Shown: piece after piece, positions 1 through 9,002 of the stretch
How positions within the stretch are numbered: the first letter of the stretch is position 1
How the letters are laid out: every line of letters begins with the position of its first letter
From: Bacteroides sp.
GTDB taxonomy: Bacteria > Bacteroidota > Bacteroidia > Bacteroidales > UBA7960
Reading direction: 5' to 3'
Assembly: GCA_036351255.1 (NCBI GenBank)
Contig: JAZBOS010000016.1
Location: forward strand, 23,715 to 87,714
DNA length: 64,000 nt
Program-made: the position numbers and the translations under genes
The notes under the pieces: model-generated
Told to the model about the DNA's origin: nothing
Seen by the model: only the letters and a program-made list of their open reading frames with translations
The model's database searches: none

Positions 1-272
1 GAGAAGATGTGGGCCCGCTCCTTGCAGCGGATGATGATCTTTATTATGACCAGCCTGAAATTGGGGATGAAGCGGTGGTTCGATTTGTCCTTCCCCCGGT
101 GACTGATGACGGCCGCAGCGTAATCCTGCATTCGAAAGGACATTACGAAGTCATTCGTGACCCCAGCGGAAGGCCCCAACGGCAGTACCTTCAGACTTTT
201 CGTGAGCCAGGCCAGTTTAACCGGTTTACGATCGAGCATCTGCAAGCCTTGGCCAGGGAAATCTCTGAATAG
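1..272 (+). CDS. hypothetical protein, C-terminal fragment (5' end outside window)
   Basis: Frame 3 is open from the window edge to TAG at 270-272. The track start at 9 is only an internal GTG. No motif recognised. The stop lies 9 nt before the radical SAM ATG. Confidence 0.4.
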   Translation, partial: EDVGPLLAADDDLYYDQPEIGDEAVVRFVLPPVTDDGRSVILHSKGHYEVIRDPSGRPQRQYLQTFREPGQFNRFTIEHLQALAREISE

Positions 273-281
273 CATTCAGTT

Positions 282-1457
282 ATGGATAAAACACCAAGCC
301 TGATTGGGGGAAGAAGGGCCGGATGGATACGGATGCGATTGCATTTCAACATCCTGAAAGTAACCTTGCAGTTTTTCAGAAACCCGCTGAAGTCTGTCAA
401 AGCACTTAAACAACTCAAGGCTTTCCGGCGAAAACAGCAGGGGTTGGAACGGATATTTAAATTTGTGAAATCAGGACAAAGATATTTCTGGTCATCTGAA
501 ATTCCAGGTTTCCCTTCTCCCCAACTGGAGCAAGTCATAAAAAGCGAGATGGCCAGAAATATGCCCTCCAAAAATTTGAACGGCGGCAGGCCAGGCTTGC
601 AAACCCTTATCTGGGGCATTACAAACCGTTGTCCGCTAAACTGCATCCATTGCTATGACTGGGAAAACATTGATACCAAAGATAAGTTGAACCTTGATCA
701 GTTGTTGGAAGTACTCCGACATATTGAAGAGGTGGGGATAAGACATATTCAACTTAGCGGAGGAGAACCCCTGGTAAGATTCAATGACCTGATCCAGATA
801 CTTAAAAAGGCTTCAAAAAAAATGGATTGCTGGTTGTTAACCTCTGGTTTTGGCCTGACAAATGAAAAAGCACTCGCCTTGAAAGAGGCTGGTTTGATTG
901 GAGTCAATATCAGCCTCGATCACTGGGATGAAAAAAAGCATAATGCCTTCCGCAGAAACGACCACAGCTTTGAATGGGTTAAGAAAGCGGCGAAGCATTG
1001 CAGGGAATCTGGCCTGATGGTTAGCCTTTCTTTGTGCGCCACCAGGGATTTTGTCAGTAAGGAAAACCTTTGGGCCTACGCAGATCTGGCAAAGGACTGG
1101 GGGGTGCACTTCATCCGTATTCTTGAGGCCCGTGCAGTTGGCAGTTTTGCTGGCAAGGATGTCCACCTCAATAAGCAAAGCATTGAACAGATCAGTGCTT
1201 TTTTCCACCAGGTAAATTCCGATCCTCATTTCAAGGAGTATCCAATTGTGAACTTCTTTGGATATCACCAGCGTGAAATTGGTTGTATGGGTGCAGGAAA
1301 CCGGTACTTCTATATTGATGCCAACGCCGGGGTACACGCTTGCCCGTTTTGTCGTGGCAGCAAGGGCAATGTATTGGAAACTCCCCTTGCTGAATCCATA
1401 GAACGCCTGAGGGAAACTGGCTGCCATTTCTTTAAGGATCAGGATTTGCAACAATAA
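282..1457 (+). CDS. radical SAM enzyme with SPASM/twitch-like C-terminal Cys cluster
   Basis: CPLNCIHC is a CxxxCxxC motif. It is followed by SGGEP (SAM-binding glycine motif). C-terminal CMGAGNRYFYIDANAGVHACPFC resembles an auxiliary-cluster (SPASM/twitch) domain. About 100 aa precede the radical SAM core. Confidence 0.8.
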   Translation: MDKTPSLIGGRRAGWIRMRLHFNILKVTLQFFRNPLKSVKALKQLKAFRRKQQGLERIFKFVKSGQRYFWSSEIPGFPSPQLEQVIKSEMARNMPSKNLNGGRPGLQTLIWGITNRCPLNCIHCYDWENIDTKDKLNLDQLLEVLRHIEEVGIRHIQLSGGEPLVRFNDLIQILKKASKKMDCWLLTSGFGLTNEKALALKEAGLIGVNISLDHWDEKKHNAFRRNDHSFEWVKKAAKHCRESGLMVSLSLCATRDFVSKENLWAYADLAKDWGVHFIRILEARAVGSFAGKDVHLNKQSIEQISAFFHQVNSDPHFKEYPIVNFFGYHQREIGCMGAGNRYFYIDANAGVHACPFCRGSKGNVLETPLAESIERLRETGCHFFKDQDLQQ

Positions 1458-1487
1458 AAAATCTAAAAACCAGAAGTGTATGAAAGT

Positions 1488-1518
1488 CCCCGGCAAAATT
1501 GTCCGGGGTTTTTCTTTT
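1488..1518 (+). terminator. intrinsic terminator after the radical SAM gene
   Basis: Stem ccccgg/ccgggg, 9-nt loop, then tttttctttt. Confidence 0.6.
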
Positions 1519-1527
1519 CTATTTTTT

Positions 1528-1535
1528 TACCTTTG
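1528..1535 (+). promoter_or_regulatory. Bacteroidota -7 promoter box (TAccTTTG) for pnuC
   Basis: Matches the TAnnTTTG consensus 33 nt upstream of ATG 1568. Confidence 0.45.
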
Positions 1536-1567
1536 CCTCGCTTTTACCTTCAACTAAGCTGAATTTA

Positions 1568-2215
1568 ATGGATTGGAATGCCTTTTTTGAATTGTTCTGG
1601 CAAAACGTAGCCGCTTCCTCAATCTGGGAGATCATCGCTGTTATTTTCGGAATCCTGAGCGTTTGGTATGCCCAAAAGGCTAACATCCTGGTTTATCCTA
1701 CCGGCATCATTAGCACAGTCATCTATATTTTTATTTGCTTTTTTGCCCAGCTTTATGCCGATATGGGCATCAACGTGTTTTATACCAGCATGAGCATTTA
1801 CGGCTGGTATATGTGGACCCGCAAGGACGAAAACAAAAAAGTGCTGCCCATCCGCTGGAACACCAAAAGGGAGCAGGCACTGGGTATCCTGATGATCCCG
1901 GTATTATATGTATTGATCCTGGGGCTGATCTGGATCTTTATGAAGGATGATCCCAGCGGATATATGCAAACTTACGTTCCCTATGTAGACTCATTTACCA
2001 CCTCCATTTTCCTGATCGGGATGTGGTATATGGCCCGCAAAAAGATTGAGAACTGGATCTACTGGATCGTTGGTGATATAATTTCTATCCCCCTTTATTT
2101 CGTCAAGGGCCTGGTGTTTACCAGTTTTCAGTTTACCATTTTCCTGGTAATTGCCGTAATGGGGCTGATTCATTGGAAAAGGATGTATGATGTCAGCCGC
2201 CGCGAATCGGTCTAA
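1568..2215 (+). CDS. pnuC: nicotinamide riboside transporter PnuC
   Basis: Multi-TM protein with PnuC-like N-terminus (MDWNAF..SIWEIIAVIFGILSVWYAQKANILVYPTG) and a W/Y-rich core. The track start (TTG 1499) lies inside the upstream terminator, so ATG 1568 is preferred. Confidence 0.85.
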   Translation: MDWNAFFELFWQNVAASSIWEIIAVIFGILSVWYAQKANILVYPTGIISTVIYIFICFFAQLYADMGINVFYTSMSIYGWYMWTRKDENKKVLPIRWNTKREQALGILMIPVLYVLILGLIWIFMKDDPSGYMQTYVPYVDSFTTSIFLIGMWYMARKKIENWIYWIVGDIISIPLYFVKGLVFTSFQFTIFLVIAVMGLIHWKRMYDVSRRESV

Positions 2216-2607
2216 AGCATATTCCGGACGACATATTTCATGAGGGCCTTATCGGCTTCTGCCCAGTCAAGGGTTAAGAGTTCGGGAAGGCTGAACCAGC
2301 CTGTGCTGTTGTGTTCAAGGGCAGTGTGCCCCCCTTCAAGCAGCTGGCATAAAAAGGGGATCAGTTCAATGGAGAAATCGGGATAGGTATGGTAAAAGGA
2401 AGGCAGCCTGGTCAGGATGTGAATGTTCATTTGAAGTTCTTCGGCCAGTTCCCGCTTGATGCATTCCTCTTCTGTTTCGCCGGGCTCCACTTTCCCGCCG
2501 GGGAACTCCCATTTCATCGGATGGTGCATTCCCGGGCCCCGCTGGGCTGCAAACACTTTGCCTCCGTCAAAGATGATGGCACAGCTTACCCGTAACATTT
2601 CTCTCAC
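2212..2607 (-). CDS. NUDIX hydrolase (MutT-like nucleoside triphosphate pyrophosphohydrolase)
   Basis: Nudix box [23 protein letters not shown]. Its start overlaps the pth stop by 4 nt, which suggests co-transcription. Confidence 0.85.
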   Translation of the reverse strand: MREMLRVSCAIIFDGGKVFAAQRGPGMHHPMKWEFPGGKVEPGETEEECIKRELAEELQMNIHILTRLPSFYHTYPDFSIELIPFLCQLLEGGHTALEHNSTGWFSLPELLTLDWAEADKALMKYVVRNML

Positions 2608-3167
2608 TTTTTGTTGAAAAGGTTCATGGTGCGTTCAGCACCCTGGAGGCCAAAACTGACAACCATTTCGCTTGCCATTTTTATCCGTGGATCGATCAGC
2701 TCACGTTCTTCCGGCTCCCATTTGCCCAGGACATATTGCGACTGAAACCCCCTGGGAAAATCGCCCCCAATGCCAAAGCGCAGCCTGGCATACTGGTCGG
2801 TGCCAAGGATGTCAATGATATGCGACAGACCATTATGCCCGCCGGCACCGCCCCTGGCTTTCATGCGCAAAGCGCCCAGGGGTAATGCAATATCGTCGAC
2901 CACCACCAGCAAATGCTCAAGTTCAGCCTTTTCCTTCGCCATCCAGTAATGAATGGCCCTGCCACTCAGGTTCATATAAGTAGAGGGCTTCAGCAAAATG
3001 AAGGTGCGCCCCTTCAGTTTAAACTCAGCCCTATCACCATAACGCGCTGGAGAAAAAACGGCTTCCTTTTCTGCAGCCAGGTGATCGAGGATCATGAAGC
3101 CGATGTTGTGGCGGGTTTCATGATACTCAGGGCCAATGTTGCCCAAGCCGGCAATTAAGTATTTCAT
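2604..3167 (-). CDS. pth: peptidyl-tRNA hydrolase
   Basis: [24 protein letters not shown] and GHNGLSHI are Pth signatures. 187 aa. Confidence 0.95.
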   Translation of the reverse strand: MKYLIAGLGNIGPEYHETRHNIGFMILDHLAAEKEAVFSPARYGDRAEFKLKGRTFILLKPSTYMNLSGRAIHYWMAKEKAELEHLLVVVDDIALPLGALRMKARGGAGGHNGLSHIIDILGTDQYARLRFGIGGDFPRGFQSQYVLGKWEPEERELIDPRIKMASEMVVSFGLQGAERTMNLFNKK

Positions 3168-3309
3168 ATTAAGGACAGAAGATTTTTTAAAACAATTTTC
3201 CGGATCACATATTTATTGTAAAAATACGTAAAAGCCAATAGCTGGCAAACTAAAAAAAAGCACAGGAGGAGTCCCCTGTGCTTTTAAAAATGCTATGTAA
3301 AAGCGTTTC

Positions 3310-3924
3310 TTATTCTTCGGAAGCGGGAGTCTCTTCTCCGCCTTCGCCTTCTTCTTCCTCTTCATCAGCTATGGGAGCCACAACGCGGGTCGATTTCACC
3401 ATGGCAATCACCGCATTGGCGGGATCAAGGAACTCAAGTTTGTCGCTTTCCAGCTGGCTCACTTTGAAAGAATCGCCGATCTCGAGTTTAGAGATGGAAA
3501 CATCAATTTGGTCGGGCAGGTCAACGGGAAGGCCTTTGGTTTTTACCTTACGCAGTTTAAGGTGGAGTTTACCACCCTTGATGACACCAGGGCTATTACC
3601 CGTGATTTTAACCGGGATATCAATTTTTACTGGCTTGTCATCAAAAACTTCAAGGAAATCAGCATGCAGAATGCTTTCGGTAACCGGGTGGAACTGAATG
3701 TCCTGCAATATGGCATTGAATTCTTTGCCATCAATGTTCAGGTTAATCAGGCAGGCTTCCGGAGTATAAACCACATCCTTAAATTCTTTTTCGGGGGCGC
3801 TAAACTGGATCTGTTCCTTACCACCGTAAATCACACAAGGCACCAGGCCTTCACGGCGCAGGCGCTTAGCATCTTTTTTCCCTACGTTCTCGCGCGGAGA
3901 ACCGCTCACAGATACTTTTTTCAT
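3310..3924 (-). CDS. rplY: 50S ribosomal protein L25/general stress protein Ctc
   Basis: LRREGLVPCVIYGG and HPV..ILHADF are L25/Ctc motifs. It is the long Ctc form with an acidic C-terminal tail. The prs-rplY-pth order is conserved. Confidence 0.9.
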   Translation of the reverse strand: MKKVSVSGSPRENVGKKDAKRLRREGLVPCVIYGGKEQIQFSAPEKEFKDVVYTPEACLINLNIDGKEFNAILQDIQFHPVTESILHADFLEVFDDKPVKIDIPVKITGNSPGVIKGGKLHLKLRKVKTKGLPVDLPDQIDVSISKLEIGDSFKVSQLESDKLEFLDPANAVIAMVKSTRVVAPIADEEEEEGEGGEETPASEE

Positions 3925-3986
3925 TTTCTTTACTCAAATTGGTTTATAAAATACGGGGCACTTTTTGCCCCAAAAAAAATTGCCTG

Positions 3987-3994
3987 CAAAGATA
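3987..3994 (-). promoter_or_regulatory. -7 promoter box (TAtcTTTG on the minus strand) for rplY
   Basis: Plus-strand caaagata at 3987-3994, about 63 nt upstream of the rplY ATG. The leader contains a U-run plus a ggggca/tgcccc hairpin (3955-3971). Confidence 0.4.
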
Positions 3995-4033
3995 ACACTT
4001 TACAGCCAATTGGCTATGAATATTTTAAAAAAC

Positions 4034-4978
4034 TTAAAGCATGGTCGAAAATTCAAAATGGGTGCTGATGGACTGATGCGAATGTACGCGCTGGATCACA
4101 TCGGCAAAAAGTTTGGCGGCGCTCAGCACAGTGATCTTTGACGATTCGCAGGTCAGGGGGATGGTATCGGAAACGATTACTTCATCAAACACGCTGTTTT
4201 CAATACGCTCAAGAGCTTTCCCGCTGAACACGGGATGGGTACAGATGGCCCTGACGCTGGTGGCACCATTGTCCATCATCATTTGTCCGGCCTTGGTAAT
4301 CGATCCGCCCGTATCAATGATGTCGTCTACCAAGACAACGTCCTTGCCCCTCACATCGCCAATGAGCATCATGCGGTCGACTTCGTTGGGCTTAATCCGC
4401 TGCTTATAACAGATCACCAGCTCGCTGTTCATAAACTTGGCATAAGCGCCGGCCCGACGCGTACCCCCAGTGTCGGGCGAAGCCATTACCAGGTTGGGAA
4501 GGTTTAGTTTTTTGATGTAGGGCACAAAAATTGCTGAGGCATAAAGATGGTCGACCGGTACGTCGAAAAACCCCTGGATCTGGTCGGCATGCAGGTCCAT
4601 GGTGATCACCCTGCTTACGCCGGCTGCGGTAAGCAGGTTGGCAATAAGCTTGGCACCTATGGGAACGCGGGGTTTGTCCTTACGATCCTGGCGGGCAAAA
4701 CCGAAATAGGGAATCACGGCTACCACCTGGTTGGCCGATGCCCGCCGGGCAGCGTCGATCATCAGCAACAGCTCAAGGAGATTCTCGGCCGGGGGAAACG
4801 TGCTCTGGATGATAAACACATCCTTGCCGCGAAGGGTTTCCTCATAGGAAGGCTGAAATTCGCCATCAGAAAACCGTGCAACGATCTCTTTCCCGAGGGG
4901 TATCCCATAATGATCGGCCATTTTTTGCGCCAGGTAACGGGACGCTGATCCGCTAAAAATCTTTACTACCGTTGACAT
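4034..4978 (-). CDS. prs: ribose-phosphate pyrophosphokinase
   Basis: Signatures: RFSDGE, ARQDRK, and the DLHA..QIQGFF..PVD PRPP synthetase motif, plus the PRPP-binding loop VLVDDIIDTGGS. Confidence 0.95.
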   Translation of the reverse strand: MSTVVKIFSGSASRYLAQKMADHYGIPLGKEIVARFSDGEFQPSYEETLRGKDVFIIQSTFPPAENLLELLLMIDAARRASANQVVAVIPYFGFARQDRKDKPRVPIGAKLIANLLTAAGVSRVITMDLHADQIQGFFDVPVDHLYASAIFVPYIKKLNLPNLVMASPDTGGTRRAGAYAKFMNSELVICYKQRIKPNEVDRMMLIGDVRGKDVVLVDDIIDTGGSITKAGQMMMDNGATSVRAICTHPVFSGKALERIENSVFDEVIVSDTIPLTCESSKITVLSAAKLFADVIQRVHSHQSISTHFEFSTML

Positions 4979-5078
4979 AGCAAGGGGGTTTGTCGGGTAA
5001 AACAGCTCTTGATTTCAACAAAAATAGAAATAATATCACACTTAATCCTTCCAGTCCCAATTGAATTTCGGAAAAATT

Positions 5079-5109
5079 TTTGTGGGATTGAAAGGATTGA
5101 TTAAATTTG
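5079..5109 (+). promoter_or_regulatory. Bacteroidota promoter (-33 TTTG, 19-nt spacer, -7 TAaaTTTG) for tRNA-Leu
   Basis: TTTG at 5079-5082 and TAAATTTG at 5102-5109. The tRNA starts 35 nt downstream. Confidence 0.55.
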
Positions 5110-5143
5110 CAGGCTTGGAAAAATGCCTCTTTTTGTGGCTCCT

Positions 5144-5230
5144 GCCCGGGTGGCGGAATTGGTAGACGCGTTGGTCTCAAACACCAATGGTAGCAATACC
5201 GTGCCGGTTCGATCCCGGCCCCGGGTACCA
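5144..5230 (+). tRNA. tRNA-Leu (anticodon CAA)
   Basis: 87 nt, hand-folded. Acceptor GCCCGGG/CCCGGGU, anticodon stem UUGGU/ACCAA with loop CU-CAA-AC, long variable arm (class II), T arm GCCGG-UUCGAUC-CCGGC, encoded CCA end. Confidence 0.9.
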
Positions 5231-5692
5231 GAAACCCCCGTTGATCAAAGCATCAGCGGGGGTTTTGCTTTGGAAAAATACAGGTTAGAAAAAAAATCGG
5301 GAAGTTCAGGGAAGTGAAATTCGAGTCACAGAAAAACCGGATATCCTTTCTGACTAAAATTCAAGGCTCTAAGGCCTCCAAATTTAAACTTGCAGTTCAA
5401 AAGACCCACTATCGACCTATCATGGTCGTATGTACTCGAACCCGACACAACTATGGTACGACCATGGTATAGCCCGGCTAAGAAAATGTCAGATAAAAGA
5501 ATAAGTATTTTAGATAAGATAAAAAATCGGCCATTAATCATAACGCCCTGATAACCAGTTTGCTAAAAACAAACCAGTGGCCATAATGCATATTCCTTCC
5601 AGATGGCGGATCCATTTGTGAACCCGGATAAAGAGCCGGGCAAGGGGCTCATCTTTGGGCAGTCATTGGACTTTTAGTCCAAGGTGACCTCT

Positions 5693-5965
5693 TTATTTTT
5701 CAATATCAGATTTTTTCCGTTGGCGAAAGACCAGGGGGATCTGATGATCGAAGGGCGCCCCGATCTCCATCAACTGCCAGTTCTTATCGTAGTTTTCGAT
5801 TTTGCGTTTCAGCACCGAAACGCGGTCAATGGAGGGGTCGTGGCCTTCCCATTCCACAATTTCAACCCGGTACTTCAGGGTGTGCTTTTTCCCATTGATT
5901 CGAACATCGATTTCGACGTTTTGCTCGGCATCCACTTCAGGGATCAGGATCACGATTTCTCTCAT
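5693..5965 (-). CDS. hypothetical small protein (start uncertain: 5965, 6028 or TTG 6049)
   Basis: Open frame MREIVILIPEVDAEQNVEIDVRINGKKHTLKYRVEIVEWEG... No recognised motif. The longest form starts at TTG. Confidence 0.4.
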   Translation of the reverse strand: MREIVILIPEVDAEQNVEIDVRINGKKHTLKYRVEIVEWEGHDPSIDRVSVLKRKIENYDKNWQLMEIGAPFDHQIPLVFRQRKKSDIEK

Positions 5966-6181
5966 AGCGGGGCGTTTTTGGAAAAGGATTTCGGTGGCAT
6001 TGCAGATGGCAGGGTAAAAAGAAAGCATCCTGCATAATTTTTGCCACAAAAAGCATGCAACTCAATTTACCTAAATGATATTAAGGCATTTAAGTCAGAT
6101 ACAACGGCAGGTTAAGGCTAAATCAGAGGGCAAAAAGCGGACAAAAATGTCCAAAAACGGACAGAATCCATGAAAAAACCT

Positions 6182-6388
6182 TTACAAAGAATCGGCAGTG
6201 GGTGCGTGACTTGAGTCGAGCATTTGTTCAGTACGTTCCAAAAGCTGCTGTCGCTCCAGATCAAGCTGAATGGAATCTTCCAGGCGTTGCTTTTCTTGTT
6301 CGCTGGACGAAGGGCCACAGGCATTGGTTAATACTGCAAAAGCAAACAGAATGAGGAAAAATCGGAACTTCGGGAAATGAATCTTCAT
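6182..6388 (-). CDS. small putative lipoprotein
   Basis: Signal peptide with lipobox (FAVLTNAC) followed by a charged coiled segment. 68 aa. Confidence 0.4.
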   Translation of the reverse strand: MKIHFPKFRFFLILFAFAVLTNACGPSSSEQEKQRLEDSIQLDLERQQLLERTEQMLDSSHAPTADSL

Positions 6389-6450
6389 TTTCAGGCTGTG
6401 GGTTGGTTTGTTTCACAAAAATAAAAATTTTGCGCAATAAGGACAGGGGA

Positions 6451-6482
6451 TTTGCAAAAGTGCTTGTTTTTATTTAAATTTG
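6451..6482 (+). promoter_or_regulatory. Bacteroidota promoter (-33 TTTG, -7 TAaaTTTG) for the superoxide dismutase gene
   Basis: TTTG at 6451-6454, 20-nt spacer, TAAATTTG at 6475-6482. This overlaps the TTG start used by the ORF track, which argues for a downstream ATG. Confidence 0.5.
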
Positions 6483-6512
6483 CTAGATATGAAAACTCAA
6501 AAACCAAATGAC

Positions 6513-7088
6513 ATGACACACACATTACCCAAACTGCCTTTTGATCCGCACGCACTGGAGCCGGTCATTTCGGCAAAGACCATCGAGTTTCATTACGGAA
6601 AGCACCACCAGGCTTACGTGAACAACCTGAACAAGCTAATTCCGGGCAGCCCGTTTGCGGAGGCCAGTCTGGAAGAGATTGTCAGGAAGGCCGAAGGCGG
6701 AATCTTTAACAATGGCGCCCAGGTGTGGAATCACACCTTTTACTGGGAGAGCCTGTCACCGGAAGGGGGCGGTGAGCCTAAAGGCAAGTTGATGGAAGCA
6801 ATAGAAGACAGTTTTGGCAGTTTTGAAAAGTTCAAAGAAGAATTTTCGCAGGCTGCTGCCACCCTGTTTGGCTCAGGCTGGGCCTGGCTGGTCAAGAACG
6901 GAGAGGGAAAACTGGAGATCGTAAAAGAAAGTAATGCAGGCAACCCCATGCGCAGCGGCAAGGCGCCCCTGCTTACCTGCGATGTTTGGGAACATGCCTA
7001 TTATCTCGACTACCAAAACAGGAGGCCCGACTACATTGAATCATTCTGGAAACTGGTAAACTGGAATAAAGTAGAATCACGACTTTAA
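6513..7088 (+). CDS. sodB: Fe/Mn superoxide dismutase
   Basis: [32 protein letters not shown] and [15 protein letters not shown] are Fe/Mn-SOD signatures. The canonical N-terminus begins at ATG 6513; the alternative is ATG 6489. Confidence 0.9.
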   Translation: MTHTLPKLPFDPHALEPVISAKTIEFHYGKHHQAYVNNLNKLIPGSPFAEASLEEIVRKAEGGIFNNGAQVWNHTFYWESLSPEGGGEPKGKLMEAIEDSFGSFEKFKEEFSQAAATLFGSGWAWLVKNGEGKLEIVKESNAGNPMRSGKAPLLTCDVWEHAYYLDYQNRRPDYIESFWKLVNWNKVESRL

Positions 7089-7117
7089 AAAAAAGGGCCA
7101 TGTGGCCCTTTTTTTTT
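7087..7117 (+). terminator. intrinsic terminator after sod
   Basis: A-run, stem gggcc/ggccc with a 4-nt loop, then a 9-T run. Confidence 0.75.
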
Positions 7118-7373
7118 CCAAAAATTTTTACCCCAAAACAAATTCAAAAAAAACCAAGATTAATTTTCAGTTTACGTTTCCTGACCTCAAAACAAAAATG
7201 AATGAATAGGCCTTTCTCCTTGATTTTAAAAAAGGAAAGCGATGTTAAATTATGTTAAACACCTAATTATTAATCCTTTCCGCTTTACATTTGCATCGAA
7301 AGCGGTGCAGGCAAAGTTTAGCTCCTGGCCGCCTTTTTAATCATTATTGGAGAGGTTTATTGTTTAATCAGGG

Positions 7374-8987
7374 ATGAAGCGAAGGTTTATTTTTCTGCTA
7401 ATAATAGCCATTACCATTTCCTTGCTGGGGCTGGTAGGAATCCAGATTTACTGGATCAGGAATGCTCTTTCGGTAAAGGAGATGAATTTCGACCGGGGAG
7501 TTGGCGATGCTGTAAACAAAGCGGTTACGAAATTTAACAAGATCGAGGTGACACGTAGGCTGCTGATCCAGCAAGAACGCGACAACCGCTATTCACAAAT
7601 GATCGACTCACTCAATCGCGAGTATTACAATGCCATAGCCGATTCGATTCTTCAACCGGAAGCAGGTGCTGAAAACAGAGCTCCCAATATGCGCGAATCT
7701 TTCGAGTTCAGTATCAGCGAACACCAAAACGGCAGGCCAATCCACTCATTCGATACTTCCTTTGTCAGGGAATCGAATGGGAGGCACCCCGCCATGGGAT
7801 ATGCCCCCGATCCCGGGGTCATGATTCCTGAGGATCCTCTTCGTATGTTTTTCGACCGAAGCAAGTTCATCAACGACCTATTTGAGGAGCTGTTTTCGGA
7901 CCGTTCCTCCTTTCAGGCCTCAAGTGAAGAAAATGTGCATGTCCTCGACTCCCTACTTCAAACCGAGCTAAAGAATCATGGCATTAAAACTTATTACGAC
8001 TTTGCTATTTACAACCCGGCATTCAACACAGTTGTAGCCCAGAAAACCGGGGAAAACACACAGAAGCTGCTTGAGAGCCCCTATGCGTTCACCCTCTTCC
8101 CGAACGACATTTTCATGAATCCCGAATACCTGCTGCTGTATTTTCCCGAGCAAAAGCGATACCTGGTGTCGCAAATCAACACCATGCTGGCCACCTCTTC
8201 CCTTTTCATCCTGGTGATCATTTCTTCGTTTGCATTTACAATGATGACGGTGATCAGGCAAAAAAAGCTTTCGGTGATGAAGAACGACTTCATCAATAAC
8301 ATGACCCATGAGCTGAAAACGCCTATTTCGACCATTTCGCTGGCATGCCAGGCCCTAAAGGACCAGGACGTCAGCAAATCGGAAGATCTTTACCAAAGCT
8401 ACATCCGGATGATTGATGAGGAAAATCAGCGACTAGGACTCATGACCGAGAAGGTGCTTCAGACTGCCATCATAGAAAAGGGCAAACTAATGCTGAACCG
8501 CACCGGCCTTGATATACACGAACTGGTTGAACAGGCAATAAGAAAGATCAGCCTTCAAGTGGAAGCCAAACACGGGCAGATCAACTCAAAACTGGGTGCG
8601 GAATATAGTTTTATTGAAGCCGATAAGGTACATTTAACCAATGTATTTGTAAATTTGCTTGACAATGCCAACAAATATTCTCCTGTAACACCCCAAATTA
8701 TGGTAAGTACGGAGAATAACAGTGCAGGCATCCTGGTTCACGTTGAGGACAAGGGAATTGGCATCAGCCGTGCGAACCAGAAAAAGATCTTTGAGAACCT
8801 CTACCGGGTTTCGACCGGGAACATTCACGATGTAAAGGGTTTCGGGCTGGGCTTGAGTTACGTGAAAGCCATTGTTGAAAAACATGGCGGTCACATTTCC
8901 CTGGAAAGTGAACCCAAAAAAGGATCCCGCTTCACCATATTTTTACCCTTTGGTTTCAATGGGTATCAAAAAGAAAATCAGGAATAA
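7374..8987 (+). CDS. sensor histidine kinase (two TM segments, HisKA + HATPase_c)
   Basis: H-box FINNMTHELKTPIS, N-box LLDNANKYS, G-boxes DKGIGI and GFGLGLS. N-terminal TM segment, a loop of about 250 aa, and a second TM segment. Confidence 0.85.
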   Translation: MKRRFIFLLIIAITISLLGLVGIQIYWIRNALSVKEMNFDRGVGDAVNKAVTKFNKIEVTRRLLIQQERDNRYSQMIDSLNREYYNAIADSILQPEAGAENRAPNMRESFEFSISEHQNGRPIHSFDTSFVRESNGRHPAMGYAPDPGVMIPEDPLRMFFDRSKFINDLFEELFSDRSSFQASSEENVHVLDSLLQTELKNHGIKTYYDFAIYNPAFNTVVAQKTGENTQKLLESPYAFTLFPNDIFMNPEYLLLYFPEQKRYLVSQINTMLATSSLFILVIISSFAFTMMTVIRQKKLSVMKNDFINNMTHELKTPISTISLACQALKDQDVSKSEDLYQSYIRMIDEENQRLGLMTEKVLQTAIIEKGKLMLNRTGLDIHELVEQAIRKISLQVEAKHGQINSKLGAEYSFIEADKVHLTNVFVNLLDNANKYSPVTPQIMVSTENNSAGILVHVEDKGIGISRANQKKIFENLYRVSTGNIHDVKGFGLGLSYVKAIVEKHGGHISLESEPKKGSRFTIFLPFGFNGYQKENQE

Positions 8988-9002
8988 TCAGAAAAAGCCA
9001 TC

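Noticed and set aside
2212-2215. Convergent genes sharing a 4-nt CTAA stop overlap (pnuC/Nudix here, and nrdJ/nitroreductase at 60709-60712)
   Set aside because: It is a neat coincidence (TAA on one strand, TAG on the other), but compact convergent ends are common. Nothing suggests functional coupling.
3955-3971. Hairpin ggggca/tgcccc between prs and rplY as a terminator
   Set aside because: The run of T/A is on the wrong side of the stem for termination on either strand. It more likely forms part of the rplY 5' leader downstream of the TAtcTTTG box. A possible autoregulatory role is speculative.
5123-5317. 64-aa ORF overlapping the tRNA-Leu gene
   Set aside because: It is fully explained by the tRNA, whose cloverleaf folds cleanly. 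The ORF is a by-product of the tRNA sequence.
5326-5541. 71-aa minus-strand ORF in the tRNA-Leu downstream gap
   Set aside because: It has no motif, no signal for translation initiation, and odd composition. I kept it only as part of the ORF-poor region finding.
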